Below, piece after piece: positions 49,112-57,507 of a stretch of 61,021 nucleotides of DNA. The position numbers and the translations under genes were made by a program. The DNA comes from a bacterium (GTDB taxonomy: Bacteria > Cyanobacteriota > Vampirovibrionia > Gastranaerophilales > JBAXKC01). Location: the NCBI GenBank assembly GCA_037137535.1, contig JBAXKC010000015.1, forward strand, positions 1 to 61,021. The letters run 5' to 3'. The notes beneath the pieces were generated by a model. The model saw nothing but the letters and a program-made list of their open reading frames with translations. It did no database searches and was not told the DNA's origin. Each line of letters starts with the position of its first letter. Positions within the stretch are counted from its first letter, which is position 1.

Positions 49112-50266
49112 CTAACTATTATCTGTAATTGTTCCTGCATCAATATTATAAACCATAACATCCTTTAAAAAAGGTTGGTCAAAGTTATTAATATCAGTTG
49201 TGGTTATCACAAATTGAATATCATTGCCTATTGATTCCAATAAATAATTTTGCCTTGTTTTGTCTAATTCGGCTAAAACGTCATCTAATAATAAAATTGG
49301 AGTTTCTGAAATTATTTTTTTTATAAAATCAAGCTCTGATAATTTTAATGAAAGAACAACAGTTCTTTGCTGTCCTTGAGAGGCAAATTTTAAAGCATCG
49401 ATTCCGTTTATATATAGTTCAAGATCATCTCTATGAGGTCCTACAAGAGTTTGAGCCCTTAATATTTCGTCATTTTTTCTAACTTCAAGCAATTCTTTAA
49501 ATTTAACAGCTATTTGATCAGGAGAAAGGATTTTACCCTCTTGAAAATCAAAAGATCCAAAAATATTTGAATTATATTTTAGATTTAAATTTTCTTTGCC
49601 TTTTGAAATAATCTCATGTTTTATTTTTGCTTGTTTTTGAATTTCAGTCAAAAATTTCAAACGTAAATGAATTATATTGCTTCCTGTAATAGCCAGCTGT
49701 TCATTCCAAACGCTTAAAGTATCAGAAAAACTGCCAATTGATGAGGGGGTTGCCTGTAAAGTCTTTAAAAGGTTATTACGTTGCACCCTTATTTTATTAA
49801 AAGTCGATAATCTTTCGCTATACATTGGGTATAACTGCACAATTGCATTATCAAGCCACTTTCTTCTATCAGAAGGAGCTCCCCTTAATATAGACAAATC
49901 ATCAACACTAAAACTTACGGCAACAATATTACCCAAAAAAAGTGAAGATTTATTTTTTTTTATACCATTTACTTTTAAAATTTTAGGCTTTGGCGGATTT
50001 ATAATTATTTCTAAAAGACTTTCAGAATAAGACTTTTCAACTTCGCATTTTATTCTGGCAAAGGGTTCATTCCATAAAACAAGCTCACTATCATGATTTA
50101 TCCGAGGTGATGATAAGTGAGAGAGAAATAAAATCGATTCTAAGAGGTTTGTTTTTCCTTGAGCATTTTCACCTATTAAAATAGTTTTCTGCGCCTTAAA
50201 ATCGATGCTGGCCATCTTATAATTTCTAAAATTTACAAGTTCGAGATGTTTCAAAAACATGATCAA
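49112..50266 (-). CDS. recF: DNA replication and repair protein RecF
   Basis: FRNY, GENAQGKTNLLE, GPHRDD, SQGQQR, LLLDDVLAELD. Confidence 0.97.
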   Translation of the reverse strand: MIMFLKHLELVNFRNYKMASIDFKAQKTILIGENAQGKTNLLESILFLSHLSSPRINHDSELVLWNEPFARIKCEVEKSYSESLLEIIINPPKPKILKVNGIKKNKSSLFLGNIVAVSFSVDDLSILRGAPSDRRKWLDNAIVQLYPMYSERLSTFNKIRVQRNNLLKTLQATPSSIGSFSDTLSVWNEQLAITGSNIIHLRLKFLTEIQKQAKIKHEIISKGKENLNLKYNSNIFGSFDFQEGKILSPDQIAVKFKELLEVRKNDEILRAQTLVGPHRDDLELYINGIDALKFASQGQQRTVVLSLKLSELDFIKKIISETPILLLDDVLAELDKTRQNYLLESIGNDIQFVITTTDINNFDQPFLKDVMVYNIDAGTITDNS

Positions 50267-50326
50267 ATGTTCTTATTTTTTTTAAATTAACCTATTTTTT
50301 TTAAACTAAAAAAAGAAAATGAACTT

Positions 50327-51439
50327 TTATCTGACTTGAACAGGCATAATCAGACATAAGAAATTATCTTGATCATCAGACTTAAATAATGCTGATGATA
50401 GAGCTCCTCCAAGTTCAACTTTAACTCTGTCAGTTTCTATAACTTTTAAAGCATCTAAGACATACTTGTAATTAAAAGCTATAACTATTTCTTCAGAGCT
50501 GTATTCAACATCAATGCAATCGGATGAATCCCCAAGCTCAGGAGTATCAGCTGAAAAAGTTAAAGAATTATCGAAAAAAGTCATTTTTATAATGCTGGTT
50601 CTCTCATTTACCATTGTTGCAGTTCTTTCTAAAGCTTCAATAACTGCATCCTTTTCTGCATAAGCAAATATGGAATATGAAGAAGGTATCAGCTGTTGAT
50701 ATTTAGGATATTGTCCTTCTAATAATCTTGATGTTATACATCTATCGGTTAATTTGAATAAAATTTGTCCGCTTTTAATTGTAATTTTCACATCTTCATC
50801 TGTTGAGCCTGTTAAAATTCTTGTAAACTCTACAAGAGTTCTGGAAGGTATAACAACTTTATATTCTTTATGTTCAGGGTTATTAACCTCTTTAATGACT
50901 CTTGCTAATCTATTTCCGTCAGTTGCAGCCATTTCAAGACTATTTTCTGAAAGCTGAAAATAAATACCGCTTAAAATATTATTTCCGTCATAATTGGCAA
51001 CAGCAAAAACACTTTGTTTAACTGCTTTTAGAAGAGTTTCAATATTTACGTCTATGAAATCATCCGATTCAGGCTGAACTATAAGAGGAAATTCGCTGCT
51101 TGATATGCCTATAAGGTCAAATTTAGCATTTCCGCAAGTTATTTTAGTTAAATTATTTTCTGGGGAAAGTTCAAAATTCACAGGTTTATTTGGAAGTTTA
51201 GAAACAATTTCAAAAAGTTTTTTAGCAGGAAGAGTAATACTGCCTTGTTCAATAATTGTTGCTGAAACTTTAACTTCTATCGAAATATCAAGATCTGTAG
51301 CGCAAAATCTAATTAATTCTTCACTTACCGTTTCTACAAGAACATTAGATAAGACAGGTTGAATAGCTCTTGTTGCTACAGCTTTAATTACTGCATTAAG
51401 TCCATTTTGTATATTTTCTTTTTGAACTGTAAATTTCAT
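50327..51439 (-). CDS. dnaN: DNA polymerase III beta clamp
   Basis: PVLSNVL, ATDLD, AATDGNRLA, SRLLEGQYP, LIMPVQ. Confidence 0.97.
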   Translation of the reverse strand: MKFTVQKENIQNGLNAVIKAVATRAIQPVLSNVLVETVSEELIRFCATDLDISIEVKVSATIIEQGSITLPAKKLFEIVSKLPNKPVNFELSPENNLTKITCGNAKFDLIGISSSEFPLIVQPESDDFIDVNIETLLKAVKQSVFAVANYDGNNILSGIYFQLSENSLEMAATDGNRLARVIKEVNNPEHKEYKVVIPSRTLVEFTRILTGSTDEDVKITIKSGQILFKLTDRCITSRLLEGQYPKYQQLIPSSYSIFAYAEKDAVIEALERTATMVNERTSIIKMTFFDNSLTFSADTPELGDSSDCIDVEYSSEEIVIAFNYKYVLDALKVIETDRVKVELGGALSSALFKSDDQDNFLCLIMPVQVR

Positions 51440-51474
51440 TTTTTAATCCCTCTCCCTGAATGAACGTTTATTCA

Positions 51475-51714
51475 TTTAATAATTTATTATTATTATTTAA
51501 TATATATAAAAATATTTAAATTTAGTAGTAGTAGTATAAGCAAAAAACCTGTAGAAAAACTCTGAAAACCTTACAGCATAAAAAAACAGCTTGTTCAAAA
51601 GCTGTTCATTAAATGTCAATAAAAGTAAAGTTTTTATACAGATGCTATTTTGTCTACAAAAGTTTTCTACAGTTTTCTACAGGTTGTCTACAAGTTTTCT
51701 ACAGGTTTTCTACA
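51475..51714. other. Probable replication origin oriC (AT-rich DUE, DnaA-trios, variant DnaA boxes)
   Basis: Upstream of dnaN: AT-only tract 51475-51522; (TAG)4TA at 51523-51536; TT(T/G)TCTACA boxes at 51550(-), 51650, 51663, 51673, 51684, 51695 and 51706, plus TTTTATACA at 51632. Confidence 0.85.
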
Positions 51715-51718
51715 AAAA

Positions 51719-51932
51719 CATGGAATAGCACTATAAGCTATTATCCCAAAACGCCTATAGTTCATGTATTTGATCTCATTCATTCATGAAATTTACAGAT
51801 ATATATATAGTTTTGATAGTTAAAACATGCAGAAATTAATAACCTCATGCGTTTTACCACACTGAATCATGTTAAATCCTTTTCAGTCATGTTTTTCTAT
51901 TATTTGAATCATGGATATCATTGCACACCATG
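51719..51932. repeat. Phased array of nine CATG sites flanking oriC
   Basis: CATG at 51719, 51763, 51785, 51826, 51846, 51868, 51888, 51910 and 51929. Confidence 0.85.
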
Positions 51933-52107
51933 GATTTTAGTATAAATGGTTTCTAGTTTTTAAAGTATATCAAACCTTTTGACTATAACCTTATTACATT
52001 ATTAATTATACTAAAATACTTGATAGAGTAAATAAACTATTTGTTTGATATTTAAAACAGCATACTATTAGTGTTGTTGTGTAGATTAAAACTTTATGAC
52101 TCTTTGT

Positions 52108-52413
52108 TCATAGGTTTTTATAGAAATCACTAGCTTTTAAATTGTGTATCCATTTGGTAAAGCTGTGTTGTTCATAACTTAAAGCAAAGTTATATAAGGA
52201 TTCTAATAGTATTTTCCCACTATTTGTTTTTCCTATTAACATATAGTTACCTTTTTTGTCCTTAATAAAAGCTATTTCGTGGTTAATTACCCTTTCTATG
52301 TTATTTTCTGGTTTTTTTGAAAGTTTTAATTTTAACCACTTAGAAAGCAGCAAAACCGGAGGTATATCGCTACTTACTGTTTTTAGGTATTCGGAAAAAG
52401 CTTTTATTATCAT
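52108..52413 (-). CDS. Hypothetical protein (101 aa), coupled to proA and adjacent to oriC
   Basis: ATGA overlap with the proA stop. Confidence 0.75.
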   Translation of the reverse strand: MIIKAFSEYLKTVSSDIPPVLLLSKWLKLKLSKKPENNIERVINHEIAFIKDKKGNYMLIGKTNSGKILLESLYNFALSYEQHSFTKWIHNLKASDFYKNL

Positions 52414-53723
52414 TTTATTTTTGTGTGTTTGAATTTTTTTCCTGCGTAACCTGAGTATTCTGATACAGTTTGACCGTTTCCAAATAGTTTATATTTGTAT
52501 ATAACAAGACCTTCAAGTCCTACAGGACCTCTTGCGTGAGTTTTATTAGTGCTTATTCCAACTTCAGCTCCGAGTCCATATCTAAATCCGTCTGCAAATC
52601 TTGTTGAAACATTGTGATAAACACCTGCTGAGTCAACTAAATTCATAAATATTTCTATGTTTTCTTTATTTTCGGTAATTATGCAGTCTGTATGACCTGA
52701 GCCATAATTATTTATATGTTCGATTGCTTCGTAAATATCTTTCACAACTTTTATTGAAACAGTTTTATCGCTATATTCTGTTTTCCAGTCGTCTTCTGTT
52801 GCAGTAATTATATTAGATACAAGATCTTGTACTGTTTTATCACCTTTTACAGTTACTTCTTTTTCTCTTAATTCTCTTATCAGGCAAGGTAAATAGTTTT
52901 TGGCTATATTTTCGTGAACAAGAATTGTTTCTACTGCATTACAAGCTGAAGGGTACTGTATTTTTGAATCTAAAGTTATTTTTATCGACTTAGCTAAATC
53001 TGCCATTTCATCTGTATAAATATGGCAAATACCGTCAGCATGTCCTAATACAGGTATTTTTGTATTTTCTTGAATGTATTTAACCAGCGAATTTCCGCCT
53101 CTTGGTATTATAAGGTCTATAAATTTATCCATTTTAAGCATTTCAGCAACATCTTCTCTTGTTTTTAAAAGATTTATTGCATTTTTTGGAAATTCAGGAA
53201 TGAAATTCAAAGCTTCGGTTATGACTTCAATTAAAATTTTATTTGTATTAAAAGCTTCTATTCCTCCCTTTAGTAAAACAGCGTTTGATGATTTAACTGC
53301 AAGAGCAACAATTTGAGGCACAACATCAGGTCGTGATTCAAATATAACGCCTATAACCCCTAAAGGACAACTTACTTTGTATAATTCAAGATCTTGATCA
53401 AGTTCTACGGCTCCAATTATTTTATTTACAGGATCTTCTAATTTTGCAACATCGTAGATACCTTGTATCATTATTTTTATCTTATCTTCATCAAGTTTTA
53501 GCCTGCTATATAAGGAGGTTGAAAGATTACCTTTTTCCACCATATTTTGAGCTTCATTAAGGTCAAGCTCGTTAGCTGCTATAATTTTTTCTTTATTTTT
53601 TTCTATATTTAAAGCAATAGCTTCAAGCGCTCTGTTTTTTATTTCTGTATCTAAAGATGCCAGCTTATAAGAAGCATTTTTCGCATTTTTAGCCGTTGTT
53701 TCTATGTTTAATACTACCGACAT
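52410..53723 (-). CDS. proA: Gamma-glutamyl phosphate reductase
   Basis: PLGVIGVIFESRP, IIPRGG, SACNAVET, STRFADG, HARGPVGL. Confidence 0.97.
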   Translation of the reverse strand: MSVVLNIETTAKNAKNASYKLASLDTEIKNRALEAIALNIEKNKEKIIAANELDLNEAQNMVEKGNLSTSLYSRLKLDEDKIKIMIQGIYDVAKLEDPVNKIIGAVELDQDLELYKVSCPLGVIGVIFESRPDVVPQIVALAVKSSNAVLLKGGIEAFNTNKILIEVITEALNFIPEFPKNAINLLKTREDVAEMLKMDKFIDLIIPRGGNSLVKYIQENTKIPVLGHADGICHIYTDEMADLAKSIKITLDSKIQYPSACNAVETILVHENIAKNYLPCLIRELREKEVTVKGDKTVQDLVSNIITATEDDWKTEYSDKTVSIKVVKDIYEAIEHINNYGSGHTDCIITENKENIEIFMNLVDSAGVYHNVSTRFADGFRYGLGAEVGISTNKTHARGPVGLEGLVIYKYKLFGNGQTVSEYSGYAGKKFKHTKIK

Positions 53724-53731
53724 AATAACCT

Positions 53732-54880
53732 CTATAAAATCACTATATTATCCCTAGTCATGACTGCGTCATAATTTTTGTGTCCAAGAATTTCTTCTAT
53801 TTCATCTGAGTGTTTACCTTTTATCTTTATACATTCAGAACTTGTATAATTTACGATACCTTTTGCAAATTCATTTTCATTATCATCAATAATGCTTACA
53901 ACATCGCCTTTTTTAAATTCATTTATAATTTCAGTAATTCCTGCAGATAACAAGCTTGCATTTTTATTAATTAAAGCTTTTTTAGCTCCTTCATTTATTT
54001 TTATACCGCCGCTTATGTTTGTTGCGTAGGCAATCCATCTTTTTTTACCTGAAAGGTTTTCAATTGGGAGGAAAACTGTTCCTATGTTTTCTCCGTTGAA
54101 TAGTTTTTCTATGGATTTTTCTTTTTTACCGTTTATTATTACAGCATAACCTCCTGAGTGAGTGGCAACTTTAGCAGCATCAAGTTTTGTTTTCATACCG
54201 CCTCTGCCTTTTTTTGAGGCTTCAAAACCTAAAGCTTCTATTTCGGGAGTAACTTCTTTTACCATTGCTATTACATTTGCATTTTTGTTTATTCTAGGGT
54301 CATCATCATAAAGACCGTCAACGTCTGACATAATTACTAAAAGGTCAGCATCAAGTTTGCTCATAACAATAGCTGAAAGTTTATCGTTATCTCCAAAACA
54401 TACCTTAATACCTTCCAAGTTATAACTTTCAAGTTCACTTGTAGAAATGGTATCGTTTTCGTTTATTATAGGGATAACCCCCATCTCTATAAGAGTGTTA
54501 AGAGTACTTCTAAGGTTTAAGTATTTTTTTCGATTAGAAAAATCTTCACCAGTTATTAAAACTTGAGCCGTTAAAATGGAAAATTTATTAAAACCTTCTT
54601 CATATATTGACATTAATTGACCTTGACCTACTGAAGCACAAGCCTGTTTTAACGTAACAAGTTCAGGTTTTTCTTTTAATCCTAATTTTTTAGCTCCTAA
54701 GCCTACGGCTCCAGAGGTTACTATTATTATTTCTTTGTTTTGGTTCTTTAAATCTGAAAGAGATTCAATAAAAGAGTATATTCTTGACATTGCAAGATTT
54801 CCGTCATCTCTTGTGAGTACGTTTGTGCCAAGTTTAAATACTATACGCTTTGCTTTTTTTAAATTTTCTCTAAATTTCAT
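53732..54880 (-). CDS. proB: Glutamate 5-kinase with PUA domain
   Basis: VFKLGT, VTSGAV, INEND, FGDNDKLSA, GGMKTKL. Confidence 0.97.
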   Translation of the reverse strand: MKFRENLKKAKRIVFKLGTNVLTRDDGNLAMSRIYSFIESLSDLKNQNKEIIIVTSGAVGLGAKKLGLKEKPELVTLKQACASVGQGQLMSIYEEGFNKFSILTAQVLITGEDFSNRKKYLNLRSTLNTLIEMGVIPIINENDTISTSELESYNLEGIKVCFGDNDKLSAIVMSKLDADLLVIMSDVDGLYDDDPRINKNANVIAMVKEVTPEIEALGFEASKKGRGGMKTKLDAAKVATHSGGYAVIINGKKEKSIEKLFNGENIGTVFLPIENLSGKKRWIAYATNISGGIKINEGAKKALINKNASLLSAGITEIINEFKKGDVVSIIDDNENEFAKGIVNYTSSECIKIKGKHSDEIEEILGHKNYDAVMTRDNIVIL

Positions 54881-55062
54881 CTTTTCTACATAAAAATTAT
54901 TGAACGTAATAAAATAATACTACTTTAAGCCCTATAAAGTGGAATTCTGGTTTTATTTTAATAAATATTAACAAAGAGCTTTAATTTTTTATAAAAAACA
55001 ATAAATATTAAAAAACTTCTTAATTTAGAGTTAAGAAGTTTTTTAATATATTATATTTATTG

Positions 55063-55911
55063 TCAACCCAGCATTAGAGCAGCAAAGCCAAGTTGTTTAT
55101 CTTTATAATTAGCATCGTATTTTCCGTCTGCTACATATTTACCGCCCGAGTATTTGTCTGTGCCTGATAATACGTATGGAGAGGCAACTCCTTTTTTCTC
55201 ATAGCCTACACCATTATAAAGTTCTGCAAATGCACACCATTCTGGTACTGATTGAGGCATTTTACCGCCTACTTTAGGAAGTTCACGTTTTATTGCATCT
55301 ACGGCTGCATCTTCCCAATTATTGAAATTTATGCCTGCCGGTACGTTTTTAGTCGGTGAACCTAATTTATCGCCATTATGTAGATAAGTTGTAAAGTCAC
55401 AGCCACCTTCTCTACAATGTATAGCCCAGATAGCTTTTGAAACCATTGGTATTAATTGTTCAGGAACTCCAAGTTTTCTTGCTACACCTTCGTATTTCCC
55501 TTTATTTTGTTCAAAAATCTGTTTAAATTTAGCGAGTTCATTTTTTTGCGTTCCACTAAGGTTTAATTGCATATTTTGAAGAATACCTTCATATTTTTTG
55601 GCTCTACTATCGTTTGATGCTGAAGTCATTGGCATATGGGCAGCGTTAGCAATATTTGTAACGCTATTAGCATTATTAAAAGGATTAGCTGTTCCTGTTG
55701 TATTTGTAGGCATTGCCGATAGACCGCCTAAAATAGCATCTGTTTGAGCCTGTATTGATCTAGCCTGAGCATAGACAGAATTTGATTGAGAAGCTTGAGT
55801 AAAAACACTTGCGCTTGCCAATTGAGGATTTTGAGCAGGAGTTGCGGTTTTAACTCCATTTGCTTGAGCATATTTAGCATAATTTGAGTAAATTTCTTGA
55901 ATTGTAGTCAT
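55063..55911 (-). CDS. Lysozyme-like (COG5526-type) peptidoglycan hydrolase with a disordered N-terminal leader and no signal peptide
   Basis: AIHCRE, FTTYLHNGD, ELYNGVGY, SPYVLSGT, GKYVADG, DKQLG. Confidence 0.8.
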   Translation of the reverse strand: MTTIQEIYSNYAKYAQANGVKTATPAQNPQLASASVFTQASQSNSVYAQARSIQAQTDAILGGLSAMPTNTTGTANPFNNANSVTNIANAAHMPMTSASNDSRAKKYEGILQNMQLNLSGTQKNELAKFKQIFEQNKGKYEGVARKLGVPEQLIPMVSKAIWAIHCREGGCDFTTYLHNGDKLGSPTKNVPAGINFNNWEDAAVDAIKRELPKVGGKMPQSVPEWCAFAELYNGVGYEKKGVASPYVLSGTDKYSGGKYVADGKYDANYKDKQLGFAALMLG

Positions 55912-55944
55912 TTGTCAAAACCTACTTTTAATACCTCTTATTAG

Positions 55945-55974
55945 TATAAAAACATTTTGACTTTAAGAATTGCC
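55945..55974 (-). promoter_or_regulatory. Orphan-gene promoter motif GCAATT-N14-GTTTTTATA
   Basis: Minus strand reads GGCAATT-cttaaagtcaaaat-GTTTTTATA. Confidence 0.8.
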
Positions 55975-56065
55975 TATTTTTTTTATTTTTTAAGTTTTTC
56001 TTGTATAAAAACGGTGTATTTTATAACATGAAATTAAAGTATAAAATCAAAATGAGGTGTATCTT

Positions 56066-57331
56066 ATGTCAAAACCTATGACCATTACCGAAAAAATACT
56101 TGCGGAGCATGCAGGTTTAGAAAGTGTTTCACCTGGTGATTTAATATCTGCTAAGGTTGATATTACCCTTGCAAATGATATAACAGGACCTGTTTCTATA
56201 AATGAATTTAAAAAAATAGGTGTAGATAAAGTTTTTGACTCAGAAAGAGTTGTTTTTGTTCCTGATCATTTTACGCCTAATAAAGATATAAAATCGGCTC
56301 AAAATGCAAAAATGGTTAGAGAATTTGCAAAAACACAAAAATTAAAACATTATTTTGAAATAGGAAGAGTTGGCATTGAGCATACATTATTACCTGATAA
56401 TGGAATAGTAGGTCCCGGTGATATTGTTATCGGCGCTGATAGTCATACTTGTACTTATGGTGCTATAGGTGCTTTTTCAACAGGGGTTGGTTCTACTGAT
56501 TTATCTTGTGCTATGGCTTCAGGTGAAACATGGTTTAAAGTTCCTGAATCTATAAAAGTTATTTTTAACGGTAAATTAAATAAATGGGTTAGCGGTAAAG
56601 ATTTAATTCTGCATCTTATTGGAGATATAGGGGTTGATGGCGCTTTATATAAATCATTAGAATTTTGCGGGTCTACTATAGAAGAACTTAGTATTGACGG
56701 TAGATTTACAATGTGTAATATGGCGATAGAGGCAGGAGCTAAAAACGGTATTATTGCTCCAGACTCTATTACTGAAGAGTTTGTAAAAAACAGAGCTTTA
56801 AGACCTTATAAGTTTTATAAAAGTGATGAAGATGCTGTTTATTCAAGAGTTATAGAATATGATGCTTCAACAATTGAACCGACTGTTGCCTTTCCTCATC
56901 TTCCTGAAAATACAAGACCTATTTCACAAGTTGGTGATGTAAAAATAGATCAAGCTGTTATAGGGAGCTGTACAAACGGAAGATTATCAGATTTAGCTGT
57001 TACTGCTGAAATATTAAAAGGCAGAAAAATTCATGAAGATGTCAGATTAATAGTTTTCCCTGGTACACAGGAAATTTATCTTGAAGCTATAAATAAAGGT
57101 TATATACAAACTATAATTGAAGCAGGGGGTGCTGTAAGCACACCAACATGTGGTCCTTGTTTGGGAGGTCATATGGGAGTTTTAGCTGAAGGAGAAAGAT
57201 CTATCTCAACTACAAACAGAAACTTTGTTGGTAGAATGGGGCATCCTAAATCAGAGGTTTATCTTTCAAGTCCTGCAATAGCTGCGGCAAGTGCTGTACT
57301 TGGAAAAATAGCTTCACCTGAAAGCTTATAG
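56066..57331 (+). CDS. leuC: 3-isopropylmalate dehydratase large subunit (LeuC/HacA type)
   Basis: [40 protein letters not shown] at 56066 after GAGGT. Confidence 0.92.
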   Translation: MSKPMTITEKILAEHAGLESVSPGDLISAKVDITLANDITGPVSINEFKKIGVDKVFDSERVVFVPDHFTPNKDIKSAQNAKMVREFAKTQKLKHYFEIGRVGIEHTLLPDNGIVGPGDIVIGADSHTCTYGAIGAFSTGVGSTDLSCAMASGETWFKVPESIKVIFNGKLNKWVSGKDLILHLIGDIGVDGALYKSLEFCGSTIEELSIDGRFTMCNMAIEAGAKNGIIAPDSITEEFVKNRALRPYKFYKSDEDAVYSRVIEYDASTIEPTVAFPHLPENTRPISQVGDVKIDQAVIGSCTNGRLSDLAVTAEILKGRKIHEDVRLIVFPGTQEIYLEAINKGYIQTIIEAGGAVSTPTCGPCLGGHMGVLAEGERSISTTNRNFVGRMGHPKSEVYLSSPAIAAASAVLGKIASPESL

Positions 57332-57507
57332 CAATAAATATCATTATAAATTAGCCCTTCTTTATAGAGGGGCTTTTGTTTTTTTATGTTAATTTTTATT
57401 AACTTATATTTTTTATTCTACAAATGATAGCAATTTTAGGTGTTTGTTTTTATTTTATTATAAGTAGTATAAGTTTTTGTTTATATAAAAAGAGGCAATC
57501 ACTCTTA

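Noticed and set aside
51632-51932. Periodic short repeats as a CRISPR array or plasmid iterons
   Set aside because: Units are 9 bp and 4 bp, with no 25-40 bp repeats and no cas or rep gene; the position next to dnaN and the DnaA-trios fit oriC.
47200-56000. parS sites, tRNA or rRNA near the origin
   Set aside because: No TGTTTCACGTGAAACA-like palindrome or cloverleaf/rRNA sequence was recognised by eye; a formal scan was not possible.
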